The notes beneath the pieces are model-generated. The model was not told the DNA's origin and searched no databases. It worked only from the letters and a program-made list of their open reading frames with translations. Below are positions 1 to 12,526 of a stretch of 64,000 nucleotides of DNA, piece by piece. Source of the DNA: Marsupella aquatica (taxonomy: Eukaryota > Plantae > Marchantiophyta); assembly GCA_973895155.1 (NCBI GenBank), contig OZ316897.1, positions 15,933,375-15,997,374 on the forward strand. The letters are read 5' to 3'. Numbering within the stretch: the stretch's first letter is position 1; each line of letters begins with the position of its first letter. A program made the translations under genes and the position numbers.

Positions 1-2623
1 TGTCTTCGAAATTTCTCACTGTTCCAAGCTAGTGAGGGCTCTTCCATGACTTTACATCTCTGCCAGTCCGTCCGTTCATCCGCAGGGCAAACTAACGGGT
101 CATGGGGAGCATACTGGGTCACAAGGGAAATCAACGAGGTAGGAATGAGCGACCAGCAACAACTAGGAAACAAAGCCGGGAACGGGAACTTATCCTGGTT
201 CCTTTAGCTGTTGTTTCTAGGGAAACCAATCTGAGAATGAGCTGTTTTCCTGATTTCTTGAGCAACCCATATGGACTTCGGTGCTCGGAGCCAGGAGTCT
301 GAAATGAGGGAGGGGCGCCTAGGTTGCAAAGCTGGTTGAATTTCACTAAGCTGACTACTCGATTCTGACATGTGGTTCGATCTCTCTTTAGCCGTCGTTC
401 TTTTTTCGGCTGAAATCGTTCCTTCAATTGACATCTGGCTGCAGAAACAATCTGCTGGCCAGTGCAATGCATTGTAGTTCGATCCTTGGGTTCATTACAG
501 TGGACTTCAGTTTGTTTCTATTAAAAAATCGTGCTAGCTTCAATTTCATGGATAGCAGATTGGAACTTTCTAATGTAACCAATTCCCAAGTAAATCAGAC
601 AAATGGAGCACAAAGTACATATCACACTGCCGAAAAACAACAAGCTTCAAACAGGGAGACAGGATCCCACAGGTAGGGAGACCCAAAAGCGGGGAGAAAA
701 CACAACAAACCCCAGGAAAACCAGAGAGCCGAATAAGCCAGAATCCAAACAACTGCAAATGATCTAAAACTCAACTGAGCAGCAAACTAAAACCATACTG
801 AAGGGTATGATTTCTGCGGTGTTTCCCCTTGCAGAAGGACTTCTTTTTCCTCGGAAAGTTCACCATCTTGGCGAGCTGCGTGTGACTGCCGCAACGGCGA
901 ACTTCGATAGATTCTCAGTCCTTCGATGCCCCGCCCCGCAACAGGAGGCGGACAAGTGAGAGGAAGTCGAGAGAAAGGGCAATCGGATATGCCTCGCCTG
1001 ACTGCCGAGGAATGCGAGCGCTTTCCAGAAAATTATCGTATCCATCAGAATCATATATTCGGATTAAAATTATTCTGTACTGCGTGTGGCAGAACTTTTA
1101 TGGCTTGACGAAAGGACAAATATTACTCTTCAAGAGTGAATTCTAATTTAAAAGGACACAGTGAATTCAATGGACCCGAATCTCCAAAAGAGGATAACTG
1201 TATACGTTGATTTGCTCTCTCGTACAGCGTGTTCTTTCGGCGACTCCAGCAGGTGCTGGCACGATGTGCATTATGCAATGAGCAAGCGACAAGTATTCCC
1301 TACCTTAGGGGATATTTGTCCCGCAGCTGGTTCAAAGGTACTTCTGCAGAATGTTTTATTAGTAATACTATTTGGAAAGTTGATTCCACCATGCACCCTA
1401 CAGAATGGAAACTCGAATGGAAACCGAAGTGGCTTGTGGGCTTGAGATGGTGTTAAGGCTACCCACAATACACAACCACAGCCGAAAGCCTCAACGTGAC
1501 CTCCAGTCCTCAAATCAGGAGTTTGTATTTTCAAATGTACTACACAATTGAATCTAGATGACTGTCTTTTACGTTAAAGAGATTGGCAATACTTTTCTTG
1601 CCGAAATTGGTCTTCGACTATTTGAATTTGGAAGCTTAACTTCTAAATATTTACAGATATGAATTGTTACTGTGGAGAAAACAGTAGCTAAATTTCTCTC
1701 CAATCCTTCATTGGGCTGGTAGTGGGTGAAAAGGAGCACGAGATGCTCGTAGCCCAATCTGGATATTACATTTGTTTTGGGTGTTTAGTGGGTGGCCGTT
1801 TTGTTGGTGGAAAGGAGCACCTTCCTGACAGGGATACTATTAGCTCCCATTCTGGATATTACATTTGTTTAGTTAGAATCGGAAATCTTGTTCACTTTAC
1901 AGAACAGTTCAATATTCTACCAGTGATATCCAATATTCCGAGCCCAAGGTCAACACACACCGTCGCTATCGATGACCCTGCATTACGTAGAGCGAGCTGT
2001 TCGGAGAAACCAATAACGACCGGTTGATCGAGTTGGCACGGACCGCTTTAAGGCTGACCTAGCCCTCCTGGGCCTGTTGCCGGACATGCTCGCAGTCGTG
2101 GGAGGAGCAATAGTCTAAGACAGTAGCAGCAATCCGGGATCCGTCCTTGTTGGTAAATCAGTTGAATGTTAAACAATTCCTGAACAGGGCTAGGTCGTCC
2201 GAAGATTAGAGCACTACGTACTGCAATTCTTCAAAAGAAACTTCAATACGCTGGTGCAACACCTGAAGCTGTGGACGGAGCAGCAGTTTCATACGGCTAG
2301 CAATAGAGGTGACAAACCGTTCTCCTTGACGATGGGCAGGTGAATTGCCGGAATGGGATGCCAGAAAATTACTGTAGCTACCTGATCAGGACCTTTCACT
2401 CAAGACAACCTGGCTATGCAAGGAGGCATCTATCTGGATGTGGTTGCAGTCGTAGAAGGAGCAAAGTCTGAGGCGGTACGTTACAGAATCTATCTATCAT
2501 GCATTCTCGATGAAAATCAATAGGTGAATTAATGATGAACAGAGAAAGCAGTCACGAAATCAGCTTGCTCGCTCAACTAGAAGACAGAACGTAACGAGAG
2601 AATCAAGGTCCCAACATCAATCC

Positions 2624-3682
2624 ATGGCCTTCGAGAGGAAAGAGCAGAACGATCTCGATGGGCTCGGTCCTCGTGGAATCATTCGAGAGGCTCTCAAGCT
2701 CTTGACGACCCATTCCAAGTTTTTTGTATTGATTCAGCTCACGCTCCTACTACCACTGGCGGCCTTGGCGGTGACTTGCGAGCACTACTTCTATTGGGCC
2801 TTGTATAAGGACGATCGAACACCTGACTCGAATTCCCATCAATTTCACGCGGTCGATTTTTCAGTATTCTTACGTTATGGAGCATTTGGATTCGATCAGG
2901 GCTTTACTTGGATTGTAGTGCTGCTCATCATGGCCGGCTTTGAAATCATCTTGACACCTTTTTTAAGTATACCGTCTTCCGCGATCATATACTCCGTTGC
3001 ACTCCACTTCAAAGGCCAAAGAGTTTCCTTCTGGGACACACTAATTGCCTCCATACCACGCTTATGTGAGCGTCTGACTATGACCATGTTGTATAAGACA
3101 TTTCTCACATACTCCCTGCTCATTCTGGCATTGCTAAGCATTGCCCTGTTGGACGGAATCCCGCTAACGATATTGGTTCTGTGGATTGTGCCATCTGCTG
3201 CGTTAGTACTGGTTGGTATGGTGTGTCTGGATATCATCTTCAGGCTCGCTGCCGGCGTGTCTGTTCTTGACAGGGAATTCGGTTGGGGAGCATTGTGCAG
3301 AAGCTGGAACCTCTTGAAGGAGAGAGAGATAGTAGCGATCTGGTTTCAGCTGCTTTGGCTGGGAACAACCATCATCTTACTGGGCTTCCAATTCATTTTC
3401 CGATATCACATTGCTAGGTGGGGTACTCCACCATGGTCTTTGGGGCTCGTTTACACAGCTCTCATGGCATTCCTTTGGCAGATGAATGCATTGGTCTCGG
3501 GCATCCAATATGCTGTGTTCAAAGCATATCATGAAGAGTCCCTTCCGGAATCCATATACGAGGGACTAACAATGAGGGGGGAATATGAATTGGTGAGAAG
3601 TAATGATTCCGACGGTATAGGGCAGCGATCACCGAAATTTTTTCAGCAATTCGGCGCAACTACCGTTTTTATAATAGACTAG
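2624..3682 (+). CDS. Intronless plant multi-pass membrane protein (uncharacterised family with N-terminal 'LGPxGIIREAxxLL' signature)
   Basis: 352-aa ATG-to-TAG ORF with about 6 hydrophobic segments. The N-terminus LGPRGIIREALKLL, internal SVL..FGWGALCRSWNLL and C-terminal YAVFKAYHEE match a widespread single-exon plant TM family (recalled from memory, not searched). Confidence 0.85.
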   Translation: MAFERKEQNDLDGLGPRGIIREALKLLTTHSKFFVLIQLTLLLPLAALAVTCEHYFYWALYKDDRTPDSNSHQFHAVDFSVFLRYGAFGFDQGFTWIVVLLIMAGFEIILTPFLSIPSSAIIYSVALHFKGQRVSFWDTLIASIPRLCERLTMTMLYKTFLTYSLLILALLSIALLDGIPLTILVLWIVPSAALVLVGMVCLDIIFRLAAGVSVLDREFGWGALCRSWNLLKEREIVAIWFQLLWLGTTIILLGFQFIFRYHIARWGTPPWSLGLVYTALMAFLWQMNALVSGIQYAVFKAYHEESLPESIYEGLTMRGEYELVRSNDSDGIGQRSPKFFQQFGATTVFIID

Positions 3683-4039
3683 TTGATTACGGTAGAGCAC
3701 TAAGCAAATTGAAAGGTGTCTGGGAAAAGGTGCAAAAGCATACATAAGTGTAGAATGAATGTCATTCATTCAATGGTTCAAGTAATTGTCATACATGTTC
3801 AATTCTACACTTGGGGATCAAAAACATAATCCCCTCAGAGGCACAGGGGGAACGCATTTGCAAATCGCACAGATTCAAGTACAGGTATTATTGGTGTTTG
3901 TCAGAAGAGAGCCTTGATTGATAAGAATCTAGCCGTAATGGATCCATTGTAAAATCTCTTCCAAATTAAGGTACACATCATAAATTTCCCAGGGAAACGC
4001 CAGATTGGCAAATTGGGGTAATACTTTGTGATGAGATAC

Positions 4040-4330
4040 TTCAGAAGTATCGACGAATGGAGCACATTAGGCTTATTTATTGCAACTGTGAATTGGAATC
4101 GTTTTTGGAAAAACAGATCTGGTTCGCTTGTGAATGGAAGTTGTTAATAACGAAAGATAGAATGTTAAAAGCTCCTCCCCTAATGCCCTTCGCAAGTAAT
4201 TCAAGAGAAATTTTCTGGAATTGGGCTTTCCATTGGCAATTTTCCATGAAAGTAATTGCGCTAGTTCTCAACATGGATTGGTACTTCAAGTCGTTCTCTC
4301 CTTTTGGTGGTGGTGGATGAGTTACGGTCC
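4040..4330 (+). pseudogene. Possible decayed BTB/POZ gene
   Basis: GAH*AYLL..IVFGK..MEVVNNER*NVKSSSPNALRK. Confidence 0.3.
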
Positions 4331-4440
4331 CTCATCAAAATTTGCTTTCCAACTTCTGTACCCTCTATATATGGCAGTCCATTGAGTACTCGATTTTGTC
4401 AGAGATTTGGACTGGGCTCCCTGCTGAAAAGCTTTGATTA

Positions 4441-4751
4441 GGTCAATTGGCTAGGGGATTTGCCTGGAACTGAGAGGTCCCAGGTTCAATCCCCCCACAC
4501 ACCCCAGTGTGTGGAGGGTATTTGTGTGGGGGTGGGATGGGTTTTGTGGGTAGTGGATTGGAGTTCTGATTATCTGCTCGGCCCCTGGTCGTCCACTTTG
4601 TCACCCTGATTTAATCATCTCTCCTTCCTGGTGCGGGTCCCTGTCGGATCCGTTGGGGCTCACCCTGGTCTGGGTTCCCTACAGAAAAACTGTCACATTG
4701 GGATGGGGGGAGTCTAATTGTATTTCCTCCCCATTTCCGTTCAAGACAAAA
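4441..4751 (+). mobile_element. tRNA-derived SINE with a perfect 15-bp TSD
   Basis: A-box-like GGTCAATTGG and B-box GGTTCAATCC; A-rich end. TSD GAAAAGCTTTGATTA at 4426-4440 and 4752-4766. Homologous to 32792-33099 and 9143-9300. Confidence 0.85.
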
Positions 4752-5080
4752 GAAAAGCTTTGATTATGTCCTCAAGTTTATCATTTTCTTGCCTTAGTCC
4801 GTGAAACAATTGCGTTCGATGTTGTCTCAAAATATATACCGATTGAGGTACAGTGGTCGTGCCAACGTAAATGACAAAGCTGAAGACCATCAAACATCTT
4901 CTCAGGTAAGGAGAGAGAAACATATTCGTATGCCGATTAAGATCGAATGCGTAAGACTTCTTCAATCATCCTCATTCAATTAGATTTGCTGCAAAGTGCC
5001 TTCAAGTCCATCCTCTTTAATTTGTGAAATTTGTATCATTCTTGATTAAATCACATCTGTCACTATAAAAGCCTCATTCC

Positions 5081-5203
5081 ATGTCTCACTACTCACCATA
5101 AAAAGTGTAACACAAGCACCTTTTGTGGAGCATTTGTCAAAATGTCTCACTACTAACCATAAAAGGTGTAACACAAGTACCTTTTGTGGAGCATTTGTCA
5201 AAA
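5081..5203. repeat. 2 x 62-bp tandem repeat
   Basis: ATGTCTCACTACT.ACCATAAAA.GTGTAACACAAG.ACCTTTTGTGGAGCATTTGTCAAA occurs twice. Confidence 0.85.
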
Positions 5204-8200
5204 AAAGTTTTGCAGTCAGCACCTTTTGTGGAACTCATAGCCCATTCCTGAACCTGTGCTCTTTACAATGAGAACTAGCTCTTTACAATAAGAACTATGG
5301 GTTACCCATAGCCCTTTATAGGGGCGGGCAGTTGTGATTTAATCAACCTGTAACAACTGAGTTACAAGCTTGTTTCTCGCTTGTTTCCTTTGTGTTGAAT
5401 GGATATTTTATTGCCCAATTTCAGCTTGATGAGACAAGTCTCCTTCCAAAATATGCTATGGAAATACTGGGTTGGGAGCTAGGAAAACAACTATTTGATA
5501 ATAGCTGGCTGACGTGAGTAAGGAACTGCGCAACATTGTGTTTTAAAAGTTCCATCTATGGCAGAGAAATCAAGTCTAGTGCACTGCTTTTGGGTTCTCA
5601 TTGGCCCTAGCATGTCCATATTAAGACAGCTTTTGAGAAGACATCATTTCTTCTATCTTTAAGAAAATACTACAAACAAGAAAAAACTTCGAAAACTCTG
5701 TTGATGAAGTAGTTAAAAGGAATCCTCTCCTATTGTTAGAGAGGAGAAAGGGTCAAAGTACACATCGTCATCAGATACACCAAAATAGGTTTCCAAAGGC
5801 CAATTGTGTTATTTCCCAAGAGCCTTCATTTGCTTCTCAGGTTTCTCAGCAGAGGAAGGTTTTTCCCAGCTAATCAAATATTGACCGTCGATACCTTGCT
5901 CCCACAAGAAGAGACTGATTTTGCTGATCGATATTCAATATTTCTTCCCCGATTTCTTCTTACTCCAAATAACTATGAATGATCGTTCTCCACTTTGTAT
6001 AATTATTCAGAATCCTTGTTTTGTTAATGTCAGGAATAAAGAAAGCTTCGAGAGTAATCTATCCATAGAATGCCCCATGATTACCAAAATGTTCATGGTG
6101 CAATGTAACATTAAGAAATCTCATTGACACAAGTTGCTAGGGTGGATTGCACGAGTGAGCTAGGGGTACTAAAAGGACACCAAAAGAGTAGCTAAAAAAC
6201 GAGAGGGAAAAAAAGAGAATATCTGTGATCATGAAGATTTGTTGAGCACACAAAAAAAAGTCCTTCACTACGTTAAAAGTCTTATTCTACTACCATCTTA
6301 CTCAACTATCATCTTATTGCACTTCATAAGGAAGTCCTTCACTATGTCTGAGTAAACATTAGTCTAAAAACAAAACAGAAAAGTATCACTTAAGTGTTGA
6401 CTAGAGATATTTAGTCAAGTAATTTTCAAACAATTAGCCATAATTGGCAAGAAAAAGGTTCACAAGAAACTATAATAAGCTCACAACCTCATGAGATTTG
6501 TGTCTGAGTGAGTGTTTGTGTGTCATACATATGCTTCCTTTCAGTTCAAATAATTAATATTTGAATTTATTCCACCTATTTGTCATATTAGAGGAAATTT
6601 TATATACTAATTGTGGATGCCAGCATCATGACACATGACAAATAAAATTAATGAAAGATTTTGAGAATCAGTCCAAGCAAAGGTAATCCATCCATTACAG
6701 TCAATCTAGAAATTCTCATGACTCAATGGAATATGGGATATATGGAATATAAAATCACATCATTCAAAGCATCTTTGATAGCTTTGGTAATATCTCCCAC
6801 CAGCACCGATGAAGTTAAATTTTGTATGTAAACATGGCCTTGGATTCACCATGATCCTTAAGCAAACTGGAGTGTGGTAAAAGCTCTCCGGGCCCTCCTT
6901 TCTGCAGTTTGTGTGCCAGGTACCTTTGGGCTTGCTTTGGCTGTACGTTAATATGTTGTTTCTTTGATATGGAGTTGCCGGATCAATGAAAATATTTGGC
7001 AGACAACCACCCTCCCCCGTCATTTAATACAAAACAAAGTTAGCTCACTTGGGGACAAACCAACCAAACTTTTGTAGAGCAGCAAACTTAGTTAAGCCCA
7101 ATGAACTAAACCCTTCTAGCTAGGCAAAAACTGAAACTTAAGCCAACGCTCTGGCAAGAGCTGCATAGAAGAGTTATAAGAAGGAATGTGTCTAGAGCGG
7201 GGTCTAGAGGGCCTTGTACCCACTGCCTCAACCCTAGTCTACAAAGAATACTGAATGTCTGAGCGGCCCTCTGTCAGTAATGCAACAGACACCCTCACAT
7301 ACTCCTATTGTCTAAAATAGGCAGTGAGGACAAAAAGAGGGAGATAACAAAAAGAGGGGGATAACACTTGTGCTCAAAAGAGATCCACTATGAAGACCTA
7401 GGAGAAGATTGCACATGCCAAGAGAAAACAATTAAAGATAGTTTGAATGCTCTAAAGAGCTCTTAGGCATTAACTCTTAGCTCTCAAGTTACTATGTATA
7501 GCTCTAGAGTTTCTATGTAACTTCAATCAGTCTGACCCTAGTCAGGTGCTTGGTTAAGGTTAGATGTACTATTACAAATTCACTTGTAACACTTAGATAG
7601 GGAGTGTCACTTAGGCTCATTGTTATGGAGCCAGTTGAGAGACATCGAAAACTTAGTCCGGAAAGACTTGATACTATGGCCAACGGGCTTAGTCAGAGCT
7701 CAATAATTTAAAGTTCTGTTGTGTGTTCCTGTGTACCTAATCTCTAGTGAAGTGAGTCATGCATCTCTTCTTTTGATTGCTTGTGTGTTCAATGGATGTT
7801 GCTTGTGTATGAGTTCATTGGAAATTGAACATGACCGTGCAAGCTGTCTATGGGTAGGAGTCCTCTCTTCAAGAATTAAAGTGTACTAAGTCGTGAATCC
7901 CTAGAGTTAAGAAATTCCATTCATCCTCTTATATTTGGTTAACTAAGTAGTTATTATATGCAATCCTGACCTAATCAAACTACCTGACCATATATTATAA
8001 ATATTAATTTAAAAACTAAAAAATACACTATTTTACTTTCCAAATTAAATAGACACAATAAACAATCTTAATTTCTTTATTTTTGTGGTGTAAATACTTT
8101 ATTTGACTTCCTATTTAAGCTTTATAAAAGACAACTGGTCAACAAAATTGCATGTGGTTCAAATTAATATGGGTTTTAATGGTTCACCTGTGAGCTAGGA

Positions 8201-8259
8201 TATAAACTAAGGAAATATACTAGCTTAATATTTTATTTTATTTTTATCTACTAGCTTAA

Positions 8260-8510
8260 TATTGATAGCCAGGCTTTGTCCCACTTATTACTAAAAGGCA
8301 GTTTTCCATAGATCCTAAGTACGCAAATTAAAAATCCTCTCTTGGGAGCAAAGTTTGAGATGGAGATCCTTGCCCAAGCTTGTAGGTTACCCCCATACTG
8401 TAACAACCTTTTTCAGGTTTTTAGGCTAGCTTGCCTGGTCCATGCTGGGGATTTCACTCTTACAAAAATGACACATTACTTGCGACGAAGAAGTTGTTTT
8501 TTGGTTCTAA
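8260..8510 (+). pseudogene. Decayed BTB C-terminal/BACK-like fragment
   Basis: IDSQALSHLLL..GAKFEMEILAQAC..NNLFQVFRLACLVHA (compare AxKYxMxxLxxxC..NxxxVxxLA). Confidence 0.45.
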
Positions 8511-9142
8511 GGGAACACTTAAAAAATTTCTTCAAAGAACAATATTAGTGTCTTTGAAATCAAATTTCCAGAATATTCTAAAAATATTCCAACTTAGTTT
8601 ATAGGGGTTAAAACATTACAAAAATTTCTTACATTCTAGGGGGTCTGAGGCCTAGAAATTAACTTCATAGGTGACGGGGAGGCCTCCATATAGTCAGACC
8701 CCAAGGGTCCATGGCTCAAGGCTCTTCCCCAACAGTTTAGGCAAATTTAAGTGATGTATCTGTATGGGCCGCCTACATGCAAGATAGTTCTAAACTAAGC
8801 CACCCATATGATGGATAAATAGAAAGGTTTGGCAAAGCTATGGAGTAAACCCCATTATAGGAAGGTAGGTCATGAAGAGTCATTATTCTAGGGACCTTAA
8901 ACCAATAGCCTGGCCGGTGGACTAAGGGATACAGAAAAAAAAACTCCTACATAAATCCTTTACAAAGACAATTGATGGAAAGGAGTTCAATTTTTTATTA
9001 AATATTTCTTTAGGAGAAAGGCCCAACTTCCTAAATCGGGCCAAACAAAGAACCCAAGACACAAATGGAAAGAGGACAAACACCAAACTCAGAATCTTGG
9101 GGGTCACAGAATGCAACCCTACAAAATTAAAAATAAGAGTTT

Positions 9143-9300
9143 CCCACTTTGTCACCCTGATTTGATACTCTCTCCCTCCTGATGCGGGTCTTTGGTGCAT
9201 CTGTGGGGTGTCACCCTGAAATGGATTTTGTACAATGAATGTATGTCACTATTGGGGTGGGGAGAGTCTACTAAATGTTCTTTGTCATTTCCTTTCAAGA
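9143..9300 (+). mobile_element. 5'-truncated copy of the same SINE family
   Basis: CCACTTTGTCACCCTGATTT..TCTCCCTCCTGATGCGGGTC..TCACCCTG..GTCAC.ATTGGGGTGGGGAGAGTCTA..CATTTCCTTTCAAGA aligns with ~4593-4746. Confidence 0.75.
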
Positions 9301-9483
9301 ATTAATAAGAATAAAATCTATCCCTACCATAGTTTGATGATCTAAGTACTAATAAAACAAAGTAGGTTTAAATAAGGCTTTCCACCAAAACCTGTACAGA
9401 TACAAAGGACAACAAGTATCTAAACCAAAAAAAATATGGATCCGTCAAAAAGCCTTTGCAGAATACAAGAGGAAAGGAAAACG

Positions 9484-9627
9484 GACTTCAAACAAAGATT
9501 TAAGACAAAATAAGGGTAAAAGGCCATCTATATAAGGCATCCGAGTGAATGGTCTGACTTCAAACAAATATTTAAGACAATATAAGGGTAAAAGGCCATT
9601 TATGTAAGGCACCTGAGGGAATGGTCA
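9484..9627. repeat. 2 x 72-bp tandem repeat
   Basis: GACTTCAAACAAA.ATTTAAGACAA.ATAAGGGTAAAAGGCCAT..GAATGGTC at 9484 and 9556. Confidence 0.85.
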
Positions 9628-10099
9628 GAAATTGCGGAGAAATCTACACCTGAAAGTTTGTGGCTGCTGCTAACCAAGAAGCATGTCGAGGAGTTGAGGC
9701 GGGAGGTTTTGTCCACTTAAGTTTCGTCTTTCGCATGTCATCTACTGTCAATTGTGCGATTCTGTCCATTGATGCCGCCGTCATCACGAGTTCACACTTC
9801 TCGTGTCTCTCAACCCTTCGTTTTAACTAATTCGGCGATGATCAGGAGGCTGGACTCCTTATGTAACCATGGAGAGCGAGACAGCAAGCTCCCCCAGGCT
9901 CGGCTTCTATGTCTGTATGCTGCTGCTTTATTGTCCATGGAATTATACATAAAATCTTCTCCAATGCAGGAGAGAGCAAGCTCGTTGTTAGTGCGAGAGT
10001 ACAGTACAAGACTATACGTGTTCCTCGGCTGGAAATCTAGAATCGAGGTGAATGCCTCGGGAGGCACGTGTGTCAGCTCCACCGGTGAGGTATGACTGT

Positions 10100-10400
10100 G
10101 TGCGAAATTGTAGAAGTTGAATTGTGTATGGGTCCGGATGTTCAATTTTGATGGCGAGAAAGGTAATCGCACCCATCACGGATGCAAAAGTAAGTGGCGT
10201 ACATAATAAGCACTGGAGTGGCTGTATCGAGGCAAGCTGAGCTTGAACCTCAACGTGACGGCAGGTCCGGAGGCAAACTTCTTGCCTCTGAAGCAGTGGC
10301 GTGATGTTGAACATATTTCTAGAAAGTAACGATTCATCATGGAGGATAACGAATTGGCTCAGTGTACTATCTATGTCGTAGCCATATCCACAGTGCCCAT
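10100..10400 (+). pseudogene. Decayed BTB/POZ gene immediately upstream of PADRE gene 1
   Basis: WVRMFNFD; PITDAK (other frame); ALEWLYRGKLSL..ISRK*RF..ELAQC. Confidence 0.4.
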
Positions 10401-10705
10401 GCGGATGGAGTGTGACTGACGTGGAAGTTCTCACAGTAGGCCATGGAACTCGTTGCTGCAGAGGCTGAATTGGTTGGAACCGGAGCTCGCTTGCTAGATC
10501 GGTAGTACTGTCGTTGCTTTTTTGGTCATGAAAGTACGAGACATAAGGAGCACAATGACTCACTTTCGGGCATGGATGGAGAGATCTTGAAACTGGTAGT
10601 GTGATTTCAGGGGAAGAGCCGCACAGATCCACTCATGTTTGGGCCTTGACTTAGATTTTTCTCACAGTGCAGATTTTCTGTTTGTGGTGGGCGATCGAGG
10701 CAGCC

Positions 10706-12526
10706 ATGGGCAACAAACTGTATCTTGGTGTCCCGAGCGAAGCCATAGTTAGAGTGTATCATGGTGACAACGGGCAACTTCTGCAATTTCCGAAACCAGT
10801 AGCAGGAGCGACGCTCATGCGAGAGCACCCCAACTACCTTCTTGTCTACAGCGTAGTTCAGTTGAGGCAGACAGTCTCCGCATATCGGTCACGAGTTTTC
10901 CGGCGCAGTGTGCACCTCCGGCTCGTGCGCCCGGCTGATTACCTTCGAAGCGGTCATGACTACTTCTTGGTCCATATCCCGGATCAGTACCGGCCCAGAT
11001 TCGCCAAGTATTTCGATCTGTCACAGAGTCACTTGTGGGCAGGCGCAGCCACTCCACCATCGAGTGACTACAGTAGCCCGTCTGCATCGCCACTCTACAC
11101 CCCGACCGCATCTCCTCTCTACAGCCCGACTGCATCTCCTCTCTACAGCCAAGCAGCATCTCCTTCTCGATCTTTTCATAGCTCGACTGCCTCTCCTCTC
11201 TACAGTTACGCGGCATCTCCTCGTCGATCTTTTCATAACTCGACTGCCTCTCCTCGTCGATCTTTTCATAACTCGACTGCCTCTCCTCGTCGATCTTTTT
11301 ATAACTCGAATGCCTCTCCTCTTGCCGATCCTATTCAGAAGAGCCGCCTCGGTGACAGTGCCAGGGACAGGACGAGGGTGGCTACTCCACGATTGACCTA
11401 CATTCCGACGCCGTTCAGCGGCAGTACGCGCGAAACAACGAGAGTGGCTACTCCTCAATCGGCACACATCCCGTCCCGGCGCTTCAATGGCAGTAGCAGA
11501 GAAACAACGAGAGTGGCTACTCCTCAATCGACCCACATCCCGGCCCGGCGCTTCAATGGAACTAGTCGAGAAACGACGAGAGTGTCTACTCCTCTATCGA
11601 ACCACATCCCGATCCGCTTGAATGACAATTGTCGAGGACCGACGAGGGTGACTAGTCCTCAACCGATCCAGAACCCGATCCCGAGTCCCTTGCATTGCAG
11701 TACCCAAGAAACAACGAGGGTGCTGAACCAGATGCACGCGCAGTGCAGTCCAGCACATTCTAGCAGAATTCAGAGTCCTGGAGGGCCAGAAACTTCCCGC
11801 CAACATATCACGCTGGGAAGCATCATCAGTATTAGCCATTACAACGTCACAGACTTCAGCAAGCAGAAGGGATGTCCAACCGGATCGGTGAACTGCCCTG
11901 GAAGAGTAATGCCGCGAGCTGCACCGCAAGACACGATAAGTAACATCGTCGACCAGAACTACTCACAGGCTCAGCAGAATTCACCAAGCCGATTGGCGCG
12001 GAGCCCTGGAAACTCTGCAGTTGCGGCTAGTCAAATCATAACGAAGGGGAACTTCAACCAGCGGCTTAAGGGAGGTTCACAGTATTATTCGAAGAACAGT
12101 CCCCGAAGATCAAGCAAGTCGGGATCCTGGAAATTTAATCTCAGACAGAGGCGCAGTGGGACGCGGTCTCATTCGTACGCTAAGGCATCTGTGTCGTCGA
12201 AATCACCGGGGAGAGAGCCCGTGAATGCCCCGTTTCTGTCCAAACATGATACTGAAGAATCGAAGACGACGACTGGAGCCGCAAAAGGAGCTGCACCTCC
12301 AGTTCCGGCCCAAGCTCCAGGTGGTAAGATTGATACAACCAGCGGTGTGAACGCTCCCATATCTCGTCCCAAGAGAGGTTTTACTTTTCGTTCCGGCTTC
12401 TGGGCTCCAGGTCTCGGAAGCATTTCGGAAAATACAACTTCGGACCCTTCAGACGTCGATGAATCGACTGTCCGTCGCTACTTCGTTTGGAAGCCTCGGT
12501 CTTCTTTGTTCCGTCGAGCGATATGA
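10706..12526 (+). CDS. PADRE/DUF4228-domain protein with a long Ser/Pro/Arg-rich repetitive insert
   Basis: True start is ATG 10706 (GCCATGG context; the ORF-track start is GTG). MGN myristoylation-type N-terminus, VRVYHGDNGQLLQF..PV..ATLMREHPNYLLV, LRSGHDYFLV, and a C-terminal WAPGLGSISE matching the PADRE WxPxLxxIxE motif. Confidence 0.85.
   Translation: MGNKLYLGVPSEAIVRVYHGDNGQLLQFPKPVAGATLMREHPNYLLVYSVVQLRQTVSAYRSRVFRRSVHLRLVRPADYLRSGHDYFLVHIPDQYRPRFAKYFDLSQSHLWAGAATPPSSDYSSPSASPLYTPTASPLYSPTASPLYSQAASPSRSFHSSTASPLYSYAASPRRSFHNSTASPRRSFHNSTASPRRSFYNSNASPLADPIQKSRLGDSARDRTRVATPRLTYIPTPFSGSTRETTRVATPQSAHIPSRRFNGSSRETTRVATPQSTHIPARRFNGTSRETTRVSTPLSNHIPIRLNDNCRGPTRVTSPQPIQNPIPSPLHCSTQETTRVLNQMHAQCSPAHSSRIQSPGGPETSRQHITLGSIISISHYNVTDFSKQKGCPTGSVNCPGRVMPRAAPQDTISNIVDQNYSQAQQNSPSRLARSPGNSAVAASQIITKGNFNQRLKGGSQYYSKNSPRRSSKSGSWKFNLRQRRSGTRSHSYAKASVSSKSPGREPVNAPFLSKHDTEESKTTTGAAKGAAPPVPAQAPGGKIDTTSGVNAPISRPKRGFTFRSGFWAPGLGSISENTTSDPSDVDESTVRRYFVWKPRSSLFRRAI

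Noticed and set aside
2030-2520. Ankyrin-like degenerate repeats (GCAGTCGT.G.AGGAGCAA occurs twice)
   Set aside because: Weak internal similarity exists, but the frames are broken and the motif match is too poor to call.
4441-4500. Functional tRNA gene (also at 32795)
   Set aside because: No acceptor stem closes, and the head is embedded in TSD-flanked ~310-bp elements, so it is a SINE.
10012-10632. 206-aa minus-strand ORF and other short or antisense ORFs in the track
   Set aside because: No recognisable domain; most are shadows of real CDSs, microsatellites or pseudogene relics.
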